A DNA stretch of 64,000 bases from Eledone cirrhosa. Its lineage: Eukaryota. Below the pieces are notes generated by a model. It worked only from the letters and a program-made list of their open reading frames with translations, was not told where the DNA came from and did no database searches. Below, in pieces: positions 44,160-57,439 of the stretch (position 1 is its first letter; each line of letters opens with the position of its first letter). The stretch spans positions 26,350,001 to 26,414,000 of the forward strand of contig OZ024743.1 in the NCBI GenBank assembly GCA_964016885.1, written 5' to 3'. The translations under genes were made by a program, and so were the position numbers.

Positions 44160-44945
44160 AACGGTAATTCACATATTGTGCCAACTTGGCGGGCCAATGG
44201 ACACTTCGTCCACTTCTCGTGACTGGATATGAGACAGGTGGCTTGCTGGGACAGCAATCTGTTGGAGTTTCTGGTGTAGAGACTGTAACAGTATCCATGA
44301 TGGCTTTTTTTAATCTGTCCACACTGACAGAATTCTGTTTACCATCTAGATCGAGAATAAAATATTTCGGATATTTTTTTAGAACACGATAAGCGCCAGA
44401 ATATGGAGGTCGAAGATGAGCTGAGATGGTGTCGTTTCAAACGAAAACGTGTGTCCAATCTTTAATGTCTGAAGGTACGTGTGTGGCCGTGTTCTGTTGA
44501 CGGGTGCTTGCAGGAGCAAGGTGAGACATATATTGTCGAAGACGGTGTACGTATGATCCTGGGTCTGGAACATCCTGAGGAGAGATAGGAGCAACCATCT
44601 GACCAGGTAGAACCAGGGTGGTGCCGTACACTAATTCTGCAGGTGTGTGTCCGAATTCCTCCTTAACGGTGGATCGGATGCCCAGAAGGATGAGTGGCAG
44701 GTATTCAAACCAGTGGGTCTTGTCTGGATATGCTTTTATTGCAGCTTTCAATTGGCGATGGAATCTTTCCACGAGACCATTAGCTTGCGGGTGATAAGCT
44801 GTCGTGCGGTTGTGTTTACATCCTAACAGGCGAGTCAGTTCCCTGAAGAGGTGGGAGTCAAATTGGCGTCCTCTGTCCGTTGTTATCTTCACTGGGGCGC
44901 CATAACGTGATACCCAGTGTAAAACCAAAGTTTTAGCGACTATTT
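44160..44945 (-). pseudogene. pol: Gypsy integrase core and C-terminus (frameshifted)
   Basis: [33 protein letters not shown]-like PPYSGAYRVL, terminal TRSGR. Confidence 0.92.
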
Positions 44946-44960
44946 CCGCTGAGGTATCAT

Positions 44961-45860
44961 TTATGGGAAAAGCCTCAGGCCAACGGGAAATCGATCTATG
45001 CAGGTGAGCAAGTGTGTGTAGTTCTGTGATGGTGGTAGAGGTCCGACGATGTCGATATGCACATGATGAAAACGTGCATCAGGTTGCACGAATGTGCCGA
45101 GTGGAGTTTTGATGTGTCTGTGGACTTTGGCTTTCTGGCAGGCAATGCAGCTCCTGGACCAGTCGCGCACGTCCTTGTTAATGTTAGTCCACACAAAACG
45201 AGCAGAGATGAGTTTCTGTGTAGCCCGGATTCCCGGGTGAGACAAGCAGTGTAAAGTAGAAAAAACTTGTCGACGATGCATCTGTGGTACGTACGGTGGT
45301 TCATGACCGGTAGAAAGGTCGCACCAAATTTGTCCCGGATAAGAAGGAATGGGAACTTGCTGAAACTTGAGGGATGGCGAATCTCGGAGCTTGATAAACT
45401 CTTCGTCAGTCTCTTGGTCAGCTGCGATCTGTTGAAGATCGATGCCTGAATGCACATGTATTGCGTTCAGCTGGATTTGGGACAGGGCGTCGGCTGTTAC
45501 GTTGTCTGATCCCTTGATATGCCGAATATCAGTTGAATATTGGGAGACAAAATCCAGGTGTCGGAGTTCTCTCGGTGAATGTCGATCCGGTTTGGTACGG
45601 AACGCATAAACTAGTGGTTTATGGTCCGTGTAGATCACGAAATCCGACCCTTCGAGCATATGCCGAAAATGCTTAACCGAAAGGTAGATTGCCAAGAGTT
45701 CGCGGACAAAAGTACTGTATTCCGTTTCTGCAGGCTGCAACCGCTTAGAAAAGAAGGATAAGGTTGTCAAACGCCGTCGACATGTTGTAAAACGCCTCCA
45801 ACCCCCGTGTCTGATGCGTCCACTAGCAGCGAAAGAGGAGCGCCAGACCTGGGGAAAACG
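44961..45860 (-). pseudogene. pol: Gypsy RNase H and integrase zinc-binding region (frameshifted)
   Basis: FFSKRL...YST..RELLAIY, YTDHKPL, HPGIRAT...[13 protein letters not shown]. Confidence 0.92.
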
Positions 45861-45896
45861 AGCATGGAAACGTTTGCCAACATTTCCTTCAGGCGG

Positions 45897-46863
45897 TTAT
45901 TTAAAAGATGTTAATTCTTCCTCGTTTAGAGTGATCTCTTCGTTTTTGCGAGTCCGGTTGCGAAGAAGGTCCGTGAGGAGTCTGGCTGCGTCGGAACAAT
46001 GAGGGATGAACCGCCTATAAAAATTCACCAAACCGAGGAATTCACGCAGTTTCCGAAGTGATGTAGGTGCGGGAAAACTGCGGATAGCTTCTACTTTCTC
46101 GGGAAGTGGACGAATGCCGTCTTTATCAATGATGTGCCTGAGAAAGGATAGTGAAGGAACGCCGAGGAGGCACTTGCTGGGGTTGATGATGATACCGTAC
46201 TCAGCCAAACGTTGGAAAAGGAGATCTAAGTGCTTCTCGTGTTCTTGCTCGGAAGTACTTGTTACCAGCACGTCGTCAATATACGCGTATACGAAGGGTA
46301 GATCACGTAACACGGTGTCAATAAACCGCTGAAAAGTTTGTGCAGCGTTGCGCAGACCGAACGGCATTCGCAGGAATTCAAATAAATCGAACGGTGTTGT
46401 AATTGCGGTCTTCGGAATATCTGCAGGCTCCATAGGTATCTGGTTATATGCACGCACCAAATCTATCTTGGAAAAGATGCGTGCGCCTTGCAGAGAGGCA
46501 GAAAAGTCGTGCAAGTGAGGTACAGGGTGATTATCGGGTACTGTAGAATTGTTAAGTGCACGATAATCCCCACATGGTCGCCAATCATTCTCGGTTTTTT
46601 TTAGGAACAAGTGGTAGGGGTGCAGACCAGTTGCTGGAGGAAGGGCGAATGATTCCGAGGTCCAGCATGTGTTGGAACTCCTGTTTGGCGATTCTCAATC
46701 GGTCTGGAGGCAGTCTCCTTGGTCGGGCAGCTGTGGGTGGTCCTCTTGTCTCGATGTGGTGTGTGACACTATGCTTAATAGGACCATCCTTAAATACCGG
46801 GCGAGTGATGTCTGGGTATTTCTGGAGAATGCCGTTTTGTACTGCGAAGGCTCTGACTGGCAA
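45897..46863 (-). pseudogene. pol: Gypsy reverse transcriptase (two frames)
   Basis: [56 protein letters not shown]. Confidence 0.95.
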
Positions 46864-47555
46864 ATTACAGGGCTCACTGTGGATTGCGTGGTAAATATAC
46901 CTCTCACAGTGAGGTTTGTGGTGGTGTCAATAAGCCTCCGGTTCTTCATATCCACCAGAAGGTTGAAGTGGTGGAGAAAATCGGCTCTTAGGATAGGGGT
47001 TGGCAGGTCTGTCACGACGAACACCCACTGAAAACGCCGCCTCATGCCTAAATTGAGGGTCAGCGATTTCTCCCCGAAAGTCGGAATTGACGATTGGTTC
47101 ACTGCCTGCAGAAAGGACGGTGTTGGATGTCTTTTGCCCGAGATTAGTGAAACAGGAATAACACTAACCTGGGCTCCTGTATCCACGAGGTAACGGATGC
47201 CTGTCGCTTGGTCGTTAATAAAAAATAGACGACTTTTCTTTTCAGTACCAGGAGTGAACGTCGTCTCTAGGCCCTGGGTGGTATTCTGGAAAGTGCACGG
47301 GGCTTTGCACTTAGATGCCTGTGCGCCGAAATTTGCGTGATACCAGCAGAGGTTGCCAGGCACACGATTTTGACTGGGACTTCTGGATCTTCGACTGTGA
47401 AAAGGCCTGGATCGACTGTTGCTGCGTCGCCGGTGTGTTTGAAAGGTCAGGTTCTCTACTTGATTTGAGAGGGCTTTAATTTGACCAGCCCGCTCTCTGA
47501 TCATAGCCTGCAGCTCTGAAATCTCGGCCTCTGTCGTTGGTTGTGACATGTCCAT
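46840..47555 (-). pseudogene. gag-pol: Gypsy gag C-terminus and aspartic protease
   Basis: CWYHANFGAQASKCKAPC knuckle; protease active site YLVDTGAQVSV; PIL.ADFL.HF. Confidence 0.92.
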
Positions 47556-48781
47556 GTTGGTATCTTCTTAGGTGCTATCTAAATAATCGTTTGATGTTTA
47601 GTCGCTGCGTAGGCGTTTATTCTGGTGTTTTCTAAGGGGTTTTTTTTTCACGGTGAGGTAGCTAGCTAACAGATAGATGTAGTTGTATATTTCACAGATG
47701 TTATTTCCGGTGGCTGTACATATACTCTCAAGTCTTGAATAATCGTCAAGTGAAATACCGGCATATTTCGACACCTTCTACGTCGTTCTCTAGGACTGTC
47801 TTTTTAAAAAATATAGCACCATACATTTTATCTTTTACCTGAAAAACAATTAACATAACTTGACAACCTACAACGCTCAGCATAGATCGAGTACAGCAAC
47901 AATGACGACTGCCACCTTACAACCATGATGAGGAAGTTGCACCGAAATGAATAACGCCTTAAAAAATACCCATTAATATCAATTATAGAATAATGAAACC
48001 GAAAATATCTGATGAAACGCCAATGGATGTCTGTATAAGTTGTTCATTACATTGTTTGTGTAATTTTATTGCCCTTTGCCTAATATAAGTTATGTTAGAC
48101 TAACATTCGCACTAATAGCTGACAGGTCACCACGTGTAATCACACAATTGAAATAAGTCAAATTTATACCAAATTCAGCCTTTTTATCGCTTAGTCGGTT
48201 CTTATGGTCCCTTTTCGGGTATTTAAGCCTGGTAGGATGGAGGGTTGAAGGTATCTTCAAACCGGAGACGCAGCTCGATTGCTTGCAACAGACTGAGCTG
48301 GATAAACTATAAGTAAAATAAACACCCGATTAGCGTATCAAGGGAAGAGGGGCACAATTTTATTAAAATTAAATGTATTTGACATTACCATTTTTTTTTT
48401 TTTTTGCAGCCTTTAGTGTTAGGGCTTCAAAATGCTTTAATCCGACCCTGGCAACAAACTGGACTCGGCTAAAAGTATCCAGTGACCAAGTGGTAGTATT
48501 AAACCTGATGGCCGATTAAATCTACTACCCAAATAGGCTACAGTGAGATTTAAACTCGAAACACAAAGAGCCGAAACAAATACCACACGGCATCCTATGC
48601 GACACTGTATCGACTCCACCTGTCCATTGCCATAGATTGATATTTATTTAACGATTCCAGAAGGATGAAAGTTAAAGATGACCTCGATGGGATTTGTACT
48701 CAAATTTCAACGAGCCAGAATAAATAGCGCAAGGCGATTCGTTCAATGGTTTGACACTAATACGCTGTCTAAAGCAAAACA

Positions 48782-48968
48782 CAGACCTTCCAACCTCTAA
48801 AAACCCAAACGGGGAGTACCATGAAAAAAGTGTCCAAAAACAGGAAGGAATGAGGCAAAATGGGGAGATTTTACATAATGAAAGCTATTCACAAGAGAAG
48901 ACATCTCTTACCCACCCCAAAAGTGGGTGGGAGATCTTCCTGTCGGACGGGGAGAGTTGATAGATCTG
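48782..48968 (+). mobile_element. MITE family A copy
   Basis: TIRs CAGACCTTCCAAC / GTTGATAGATCTG; flanks AAAACA / AAAGCA. Confidence 0.85.
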
Positions 48969-49147
48969 AAAGCATGACAAAGAATACAAATGAAATCTAA
49001 TCGGTTGAGATTATAAAATGGATACGAACACTGAATCTGATACTTAAAATGTTCGACATATGGAAATAGATGATGCATCGCCAAATACAATGAACCCGGT
49101 ATCTAATAAAAACAGAAATCTATTAATGGGGCGGACTTCATTCTTCA

Positions 49148-49608
49148 GTTCAGTTCAGCCAATCGCTATCAGCGTAGGAGAATGTATTTCAACTTCTGCC
49201 GAAAGGGAAAAATTCCCGCTTCGCTTCGAAAATCTCTCTCTTGCAGCTCGACACCACCAAGGTAAACATCTCTGATTTCGTTCCTCAAGCATAGACAATA
49301 TGTAGCAACAAATATCACTACGGGTCTGGCTAACGCCTCAGCCAGTTGACCGTACCTCCTTAAACTCTTAATTTGTCTATTCAGTTCATTATGGCATGCC
49401 AGCTAAACTTTTGTAATCGGTTTGTAAATAAATTATATATTATAAACATTATAAAGTCGTATGGTGATATTTGCCACAACATTTCCTTGGACTGCTTCGG
49501 TTACTCTCTGTGATACAATACACAAACAAATATTAACATTCATAACACAACATATATCTACCTCTCTTATTAACTAACACTCACAACTAAAATACTTATT
49601 TCTAAAAG
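49148..49608. repeat. Unclassified interspersed repeat, related to 6530-6765, with an extra ~230-bp middle segment
   Basis: Two shared blocks separated by sequence absent from the other copy. Confidence 0.65.
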
Positions 49609-49966
49609 TCCTTTTAATAAACCAGGTAAGACATAAATGAACTTGAGAGGAATATATTTCCTTACTATATGCACATTTTACGATTCCATTCAACCAAAAA
49701 ATAAATGTCACAACACTTATAAAATCTAGATTTAAAAAATAATCTTGATGCAGGCTAATCAACTTAAATATAAAACTTAAGATAAGAGTGAAAGAATACT
49801 AGACATAGAAACAGAACATTTAAAAGAAACAATAGATAAACAATGAGGTAGCACATACACGGTCGATTGCACTGTTAAAAATAGCAGCCAAATCTCACTA
49901 AAATCACTCCAACGTCATTAAAAAATGACGGCACATTGGACAATGTAATCTTTGATATACAAATAT

Positions 49967-50347
49967 CAGGCCTGTCAACTCTCTCCGTCCGACGGGGAGA
50001 TCTCCAATCCACTTTAGGGTGGGTGAGAGATGTCTTCTCTTGTGAAAATGGGTATAGCTTTCATTGGTGGATTGGCAGTATCGGTAGAGGGTCGGACGTC
50101 ATGCTTTCCAGCATAGTTACGTCCCTTTACGATCTGAGTTCAAATCCCGCCGAGGTTGACTTTGCCTTTCATCCTTACGGGGTCGATAAAATAAAGTACC
50201 AGTAATGCACTGGGTAATTGCTGGCCTTGTGCCTAAAGTAGAAACAATTATGTAAAATCTCCCCATTTTGCCTCATTTCTCCCCGTTTGGAGACACTTTT
50301 GTTTTCATGGTACTCCCTGTTTGGGTTTTTAGAGGTTGGCAGGTCTA
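49967..50347 (-). mobile_element. MITE family A copy interrupted by a SINE
   Basis: TIRs CAGGCCTGTCAAC / GTTGGCAGGTCTA; flanks AAATAT / AAATCT. Confidence 0.85.
50066..50249 (+). mobile_element. SINE S1 nested in MITE A
   Basis: Splits the MITE sequence CTTTCATT|ATGTAAAATC. Confidence 0.9.
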
Positions 50348-50419
50348 AAATCTAGTCATTGCATGAACACCTTTGTTTATGCGTCTCCTTGATTAGCTTG
50401 ACCTTGTGCTGAACAGCAA

Positions 50420-52520
50420 TAACAAAAAATAAATCATGAGGATAGACCTAGAGCAAACGAAAGAAACAGTAGAGCACAACAAAATCAAACCACGGCATAC
50501 ATAAAGAATACTGAATTGAACAAAAGCAGGACCACAACAAAATTTTGAATACAATGGAATATAGTAAAGAATTAACTGTTAAAAGGTTTCCAATGGAAAC
50601 GTTTTAGTATGACACAATGTGGAAATGGTAAATAAATATATAAATCGATAGAAAATCTTACCATGGAACAAAAGAGCCGATCAAAGATAAACGTAATGAT
50701 GAAAAAGCCATATACTTTCTGGAACAGATGCAAACATCAGTCACTAGAATAAACGAACTAATCTCTGCTGTAGTCCCAGTATCCATAAATGTTAATTGAT
50801 ATCTCTTCAAAACCTCTCATATACATTTAAACTTAAGCAAGAATGTGAAAAATCAACATACAGATATTTTAAGCATGAATGAAACAGACAATGAATAAAA
50901 TAATCACAGATGATAAAATAGATATAAATATTTCACAAATTCAAATTAACGAGAGAAAAAGGACTCAATATCAGATAATGCTTACCACAAAAGATCTTCA
51001 TTAAATCGCAAATAATTTATCGTTATGGAAAGCAACAGCACTTCTTTGATCAAAGCATACAATTCGTCTCCAAAACAAAAAGGATTTTTTACTAAGAAGT
51101 ACGTAAAAAAATCACAAAACAGAAACCACTATAACGTTTATATCAAAAGATCCAATATAATTTGGAGGTGCAGCGTGAATTCGTAGATTCTGAAAACGTT
51201 AGTGATGAGAAAGTTGATACGAAATCAAGCAGGTATATCAAACACACTATGATTAACTGGAAAACAGTCATACAGATTCAAATAAAAGAAGGAAATATAT
51301 ATTTAAAAAACAATCTACTAGAATAGCAATATTCTAAAACGGTTGCTTATCTGCATTCTTATTATTTTCACAGCTAATGCTTTTAACCGAGATACTAAAC
51401 TCAACATTGGATACAGATGACAATCAACGGTAACCCCACAGGCGGCAAACAACGGTAACCCTGTTACAATGCATTTATTTAGATTATATCAATAGAAAGC
51501 CGACATAATAATAATATATTTGTTAGAAACACAGGGTGCTAGACGTCTTGTGCTATTAGAAAATTATTACATAGTATTTAGTGTAAAACTACAAAAATAT
51601 ATAGAATAAATGGAAACTAAACAAATAGCAATAATATGAACAAACAAAACATTTTTTCCATCTTCAGGGAGGCCAATAAAATAGATTGAAGTAACAGACA
51701 GCAGTGAGGATGGGGAAAAAGCAGTGGCAAAAGCTTCTTTTTTTTTTAATAATTTAATAAGTGTTTCAAAATGTCATAAGACATTTGGAACAAAAATGTC
51801 TTATATACCCAATATCCTACAAGAATGAACAATGAGGAAATCTATTATTAAAAATCAACTCAATATTGCCTCAAAACCAAAGACTTCTCACTAGAAACTA
51901 GCAAAAGCTTATAATGGAGCAGATTATGTTTCCGACTGACCAGTCTTAGTCATACTGAAGTATATGAACAAACATTACATCAGATACTAGAAACTGATAA
52001 ATTTCTTTTAAATGTTCACTGAAATGAGATGGTCAAATACATTCAATAAAAGAGAATGACAATATGTCTGTACTCCTGAAACTATGCACACAGGCAAGAA
52101 GATCATGGCAAATAACTTAGGTATTATCAAATGTCATCAGTAAGTGTCTCCTAATCGACGAATCAATTCTAATAGACTGTAATGGATTCCTGTCAGAAAT
52201 TGGGGATTTATCCGAATATAAAAGTATGGAAATAGAAATATGCACAATGTGGAGTTGAAAAGAGAAAGAATCCTCATAAAAAAGACAGGTCCTTTAATCA
52301 TTCAATAAATTGAAAATGTAGACAAATATATATCTAATATCCCAAGACACTGAAAATACAAAATATTTAGAAAGTAATACTATGTAATATATTACGTAGA
52401 ATAGTCCTAATGCAATAAAACAAAAGCAAAACAAAACTCTGTACACTCTAGGTATAGATATCTGTGCTTGATTGTACAAATGTATAACAATTATCTTCTC
52501 GATAACAATAATACTACTGA
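50420..52520 (+). mobile_element. Possible very decayed LINE remnant
   Basis: Strongly A-rich strand with coding-like composition, but no intact motif that I can confirm. Confidence 0.25.
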
Positions 52521-53160
52521 TATAATAACAATATACTTACTGCAACTGCAGAAAAACATAGGCATATTCCTAAAAACAACATTAAATCCATCATAATTCT
52601 TGATGTTGATACCATTATCATAATTAGATTCAAACTGTTTAGGGAGCCGTTGATTAAAATAACTTATAAACCAAGATGTTTTTCTCTTTTATATTTCTGT
52701 AGATGAAATTTTATTTAATATGCGTGTTTGAATGGGCTGTTTACGTGTGTTTCTATGTACATGCATGAAACATTAAAAGGAAAATGGGGAGTTCAGAACA
52801 TAGAGAAAGAACGAATGTGTCAATGAGAGAGGGAAAGGAGTAAATTGGAAATATATGCAAAGGGGGGTACTGAATGTTAGATATGAACAGAGAAAAGTGC
52901 TCACTGAGACCTCCTCCAAATTAGTTTTACTGGCTCATTGGCTACAATATATTTGTGGGGAGTGGATAGGGAAAATTTCTCGATCAAATTATTTAGATTA
53001 TTATTTCTATGGGATTTCGGAGGAAAATGAGGCAATAATGTTCTAGTTTAGACCAGCCAATCAAGAACGAGCTTTTGTGATGACAGACAAATTCATTAAT
53101 ATACTATTATTTTTACAGAAATGTTTGATAGATCTGTCAATATATATGTTAAAGTAACTG

Positions 53161-53161
<1 letters not shown>

Positions 53162-53257
<96 letters not shown>

Positions 53258-53300
53258 CGCGCGTATATATATAGAGAGAGAGAGGGGGGAGATATAGATA
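53162..53300. repeat. (TG)n/(TA)n/(GA)n microsatellite
   Basis: Read directly from the sequence. Confidence 0.95.
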
Positions 53301-53309
53301 TATATGTAT

Positions 53310-53503
53310 GTAAAAAGTAAATAGAAATAACAACACAATCGGTACAGTATATGGAAGAGATAACGAAGGAAGTGTGATAAGTAACCAGGTGGACCATAAC
53401 GCACCAGAGTACTCGATACTTAGGGTAGTAGAGTGGGTAATAGGAAAAGAGTCAGGACCCCGACGGCTGAGCTCCGGCTGTTTCGACAGCTAGATCTGAA
53501 CCC
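53310..53503 (-). mobile_element. PLE 3' tail beginning within a hammerhead (3' half only)
   Basis: Minus strand TAGCTGTC-GAAA-CAGCC..GCCG-TC-GGGGTC, the same family as 17886-17922. TA flanks. Confidence 0.6.
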
Positions 53504-53582
<79 letters not shown>

Positions 53583-54781
53583 GTGTGTGTGTGTGTGTGT
53601 GTGTGTAACGAAGGGTATTAATGGTGGTTGTTAAATGAAATAACAAGAATAGCTGATTTACTTTATATATAAAAAGGTTTACTTCACTTCAGTCAAAAAG
53701 AACAATAAACAAGTTACCACGAGTCGCGAATGTTGACGATGTTATTTTGTTGTTGGTTCATGAGGCTGGTGTAGTCTGAGACCAGGAGAGAGAGAGAGAG
53801 TAATGGTCTGTAGTTGTCTGTAGACCTCTGCAGCCTGTAGGTGGCGGTGAATCTTTACAGAGCTTAGCTATAGTATAATGCTCCGATCTCTCTGTGTGTT
53901 AGACGTGGGATGATACAGGCTTTATATACCTGTCGCTTTCTGTCTCTTGCCTCGAGTGATCGCCCACGCATGAACCTGTCCACACCGAAAAGGATGGTGA
54001 CCTAGAATCCAGATCGATGCAGGAGCAGCGATCAATTACAAAAGGGGTAGCGGAATCTGATTGCAGAAGCGTGTCCCAAAACACACAGAATGTGGGTACT
54101 GCGCCCGTATTTCGAGTGCAGAGAAATTTGGAGAGAGAAAAAAAAAATAATATCGTATAACTGTGTATGCATGTGTGTGTAACATTTAGAAGAAACTGTA
54201 ATTATACAAAGTTGTGATCATGTATTTCGAACTGTTGTGTATGGATGGCTGAACGTTTTGGGTTGCGGTATCGGATTACGATATGACAATACAGAGGACT
54301 ATTTCTCTCGATGTATTATCATACGTAAGATGCTTTTCCAGTGAGTTGTGGTTTACGCTATGACATGAGTGTGTGGAATTTTGAGTTGCGTGCCGGAGTG
54401 AGTCCGGGTGTGTAGTCCCCGTGGGTGTTTCTCATGTGTTTAATAGCTGTTGCCATACCTCGACCAGTTGAAAAATGATCTCGCAGAATCCCCACCGAAT
54501 CAAGAACATACCATAGACAACAACATGTTGATGTGTGACAAAAAAGAAATGTGCGTGCGTATGCAAGCATGTAATACAGTTTTTAAAAAAATATGCGTAT
54601 GCAGTCATATATACAATGATAAAAAAAAAATGAATGTTCATATATACAGTTTAAAAGAAATAAATGTTCGAACATTGTTTGTAAAAAAAAGGAAGAAATA
54701 ATTGTTTTTTACAAAAAGTTTAGTTTTTCTCTTCTTTATGTTATCGTTTTCTTGCTAGGAAGCTAGTAGTAGTAGTTGTAG

Positions 54782-54782
<1 letters not shown>

Positions 54783-54842
<60 letters not shown>

Positions 54843-54856
54843 GCTGTTGCTGCTGC
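54783..54856. repeat. (GTT)n/(GCT)n microsatellite
   Basis: Read directly from the sequence. Confidence 0.95.
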
Positions 54857-55115
54857 TACCGCCGCTGCTATCGAAGCGAAGTCACTGTAAATATTCCGTA
54901 GAATCGAAGTTTGGTGAATAATTTGAAGTGAAGTTTTATCATATCGTACCATATAGATGAGAAGCTTGGTAATTATAGATTGCTGTGAAAACTGCTGTTG
55001 AGAAAGTTGTTGATGTTGGCAATGGAAGCCATGATCAGAAAGCTGCGTGTTGTTTTCTTTTTTTTAAATACCACTTCGTATTTTTTTTTAAAAGGAACCC
55101 GTTCGTTCCCACCAT

Positions 55116-55128
55116 GTCGGGGTCACCA
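55116..55128 (-). promoter_or_regulatory. Primer-binding site TGGTGACCCCGAC (tRNA-Trp type)
   Basis: Lies 1 nt inside the LTR's ...CA end; complementary to the tRNA-Trp 3' end GTCGGGGTCACCA. Confidence 0.8.
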
Positions 55129-55535
55129 ATGTTACGAAGGGTATTAAGTGGTGGTTGTTGTTAGATGAAATAACAAGAATAGCTGATTTACTTTATATAT
55201 AAAAAGGTTTACTTCACTTCAGTCAAAAAGAACAATAAACAAGTTACCACGAGTCGCGAAGGTTGACGATGTTATTTTGTTGTTGGTTCATGAGGCTGGT
55301 GTAGTCTGAGACCAGGATAGAGAGAGAGTAATGGTCTGTATTGTCTGTAGACCTCGGCGGCCTGTAGGTAGGAGTGAATCTTTACATAGCTTGTCTATAG
55401 CATACTGCTCCGATCTCTCTGTCAATTAAACGTGGGATGATACAGGCTTTATATACCTGTCGCGTTCTGTCTCTCGCCTCGAGGGATCGCCCACGCATGA
55501 ACCTGTCCACACCGGAAAGGATGGTGACCTAGAAT

Positions 55536-56220
55536 TTGACTTTTAGGTGTCACCCAGGGTTCAAGGCGTGGACAGATTCCACTCCATGGAAATATCTTAG
55601 GAACATACACACGAACCAACACTTACATTATTTTCGAACCACGCCACCTACATCCACACCCCATATAAACACAAACACACACGTGCGTATCCCCACATAC
55701 TCACACTCAGCCTCCGGACTCCCTTTTACCTGAACATGCAACTCTCACATACACACACACACACGCGCGTACACCTACACCATACACAAACACCATCTTC
55801 AGCCCTCCCCGTTCGGATCCCCCGCCTCCCTCTCCCCTCTTCAGCCCCCCTCCACCCACCACCACCCATACACGCCTCAGACCCTTTCACCCCTTGTTTA
55901 TTTTTGTTTTTATTTTTATTTTTATTTTTATTTTTATTTGTACTTTTAAAAAATTTCCTTTACTCTTTAAAAATTGGTTTTCCTCCTTTCTCCCCTCCCC
56001 CTTTTTTTAATGTCTTTCCACCACTCCCCCATACACCCTCGGAACTCTCTTCCTACCTACTGTTCTCCTGGTGAAAGGCTTATGCCCGAAACGTCGTCCC
56101 CCCCCCCCCTCTCAAGCGTGAAACTAAAAACCATATCATTTGTACTGCCTCTCTGTTTTTTGTTCTCTGTTCATATATATAATTTTTATCGACTTTTTAT
56201 CGAACTGACTTTTTATTGAA
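55536..56220 (+). mobile_element. PLE-like 3' remnant with degenerate hammerhead, truncating the LTR
   Basis: C/A-rich low-complexity tract, then CTGGTGA-aaGGcttatgCCc-GAAA-CG-TC at 56068-56095. Confidence 0.5.
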
Positions 56221-56759
56221 ATTACTTGTAAATATATTATTTTGTTAATAATTTTCAATATAGAATAATATTTTGGTATAAAATAAAATAGTTAAATGCT
56301 ATAAATAGATGAATAATTATTAGTTCATTAATTGCCTGACATCAAATTACAATGTTTATTCGTCATTTATTGGTTGTATCGTAATGTTGTTTTTCTTGGT
56401 GGACTATAACATAATCACAAATCATATGACTGTCGAATATTTTATAAAGAAACACATTTACAAAATCTTTCTATGAAAAGTAAGTTGCTTTGATACAAAA
56501 TATAAAATTGTTTCGGTAAAATGTCACTTCTCTATAAAGTCTTTCGATAAAAGTCATTTCTGTTTCTTGCAAAAACGCGAGGGCTCATGTTAAAAATGTG
56601 TAAATTGTTATGTTTGGGAAACAGGATTATTTTCTCATACCTAAAGGTTTCTGTTAAACTTAAGAAATCGATCATGCGGTGTTGAGTTGATTGTTGTACA
56701 CAATAGTGCACAAAAGAGCTATCGGTAAGAGCATTTCCCAATTTCCTTCAGATAGATAA

Positions 56760-57381
56760 TTAAACTTGATAGTTAGTTTCATTGTTTTAGTAATACTCCA
56801 TAGGCTGGTTCACATTGGCCGTTGGCTTGTAGAGAATAAGGTGAAGTCCTAGTTTTCAAAACACTGCTGTGGGGCAGAAACCGTTTTAATTTAATACTCT
56901 TGAACTGGGTTCCCTATCTGAATATATGGTTCCTAGAGGACCAAAATGTGCAAACAATATTTTCAATATCTTGTCAATTAAAACAAATAAGAATTTGTAG
57001 ATAATGGTAAGGGTCTTACTATGTCTATTGAGGCTTTTCCAAAGCTTGGTAGCTAGTATAAGTCGACCCTGAATTGTTTTATAGAATTGGGGTTTTATTT
57101 CATTGCAAGTTATACAATTACTAACCATGTTATGTATCTCGCTAACTGACAATGGGAAATTATGTGATTTACAATAGCAAGTAAATCTAATAACACTTGG
57201 GTGACAAAGTTTGTCATGTATACATTTAGTGTAATATGTAAAGAATACTATGTGACAATTTAAATGGACAGTGTTTTTGGAATTTTATAGTCCATTAAAG
57301 TCTTGTATCGCTCAGGATATGGTCTTTATCCCTCCCCCCTACACACACACAGACGCACACACACACACGCACACACGCACG

Positions 57382-57439
<58 letters not shown>

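Larger units (their letters stand above)
43144..47560 (-). mobile_element. 5'-truncated Ty3/Gypsy LTR retrotransposon, decayed
   Basis: Domain order gag-PR-RT-RH-INT. Putative LTR edge TGTAGCG at 43144 is uncertain; no 5' LTR or PBS seen. Confidence 0.85.
53604..55535 (-). mobile_element. Non-autonomous, internally deleted Gypsy-type LTR element
   Basis: Direct repeats at 53604-54008 and 55130-55535, both starting TGT(A/T)ACG. PBS adjacent to the right-hand LTR; gag N-terminal remnant. Confidence 0.85.

Noticed and set aside
48005-48030. CTGATGAAAC motif
   Set aside because: The two core boxes overlap, leaving no stem II; likely chance.
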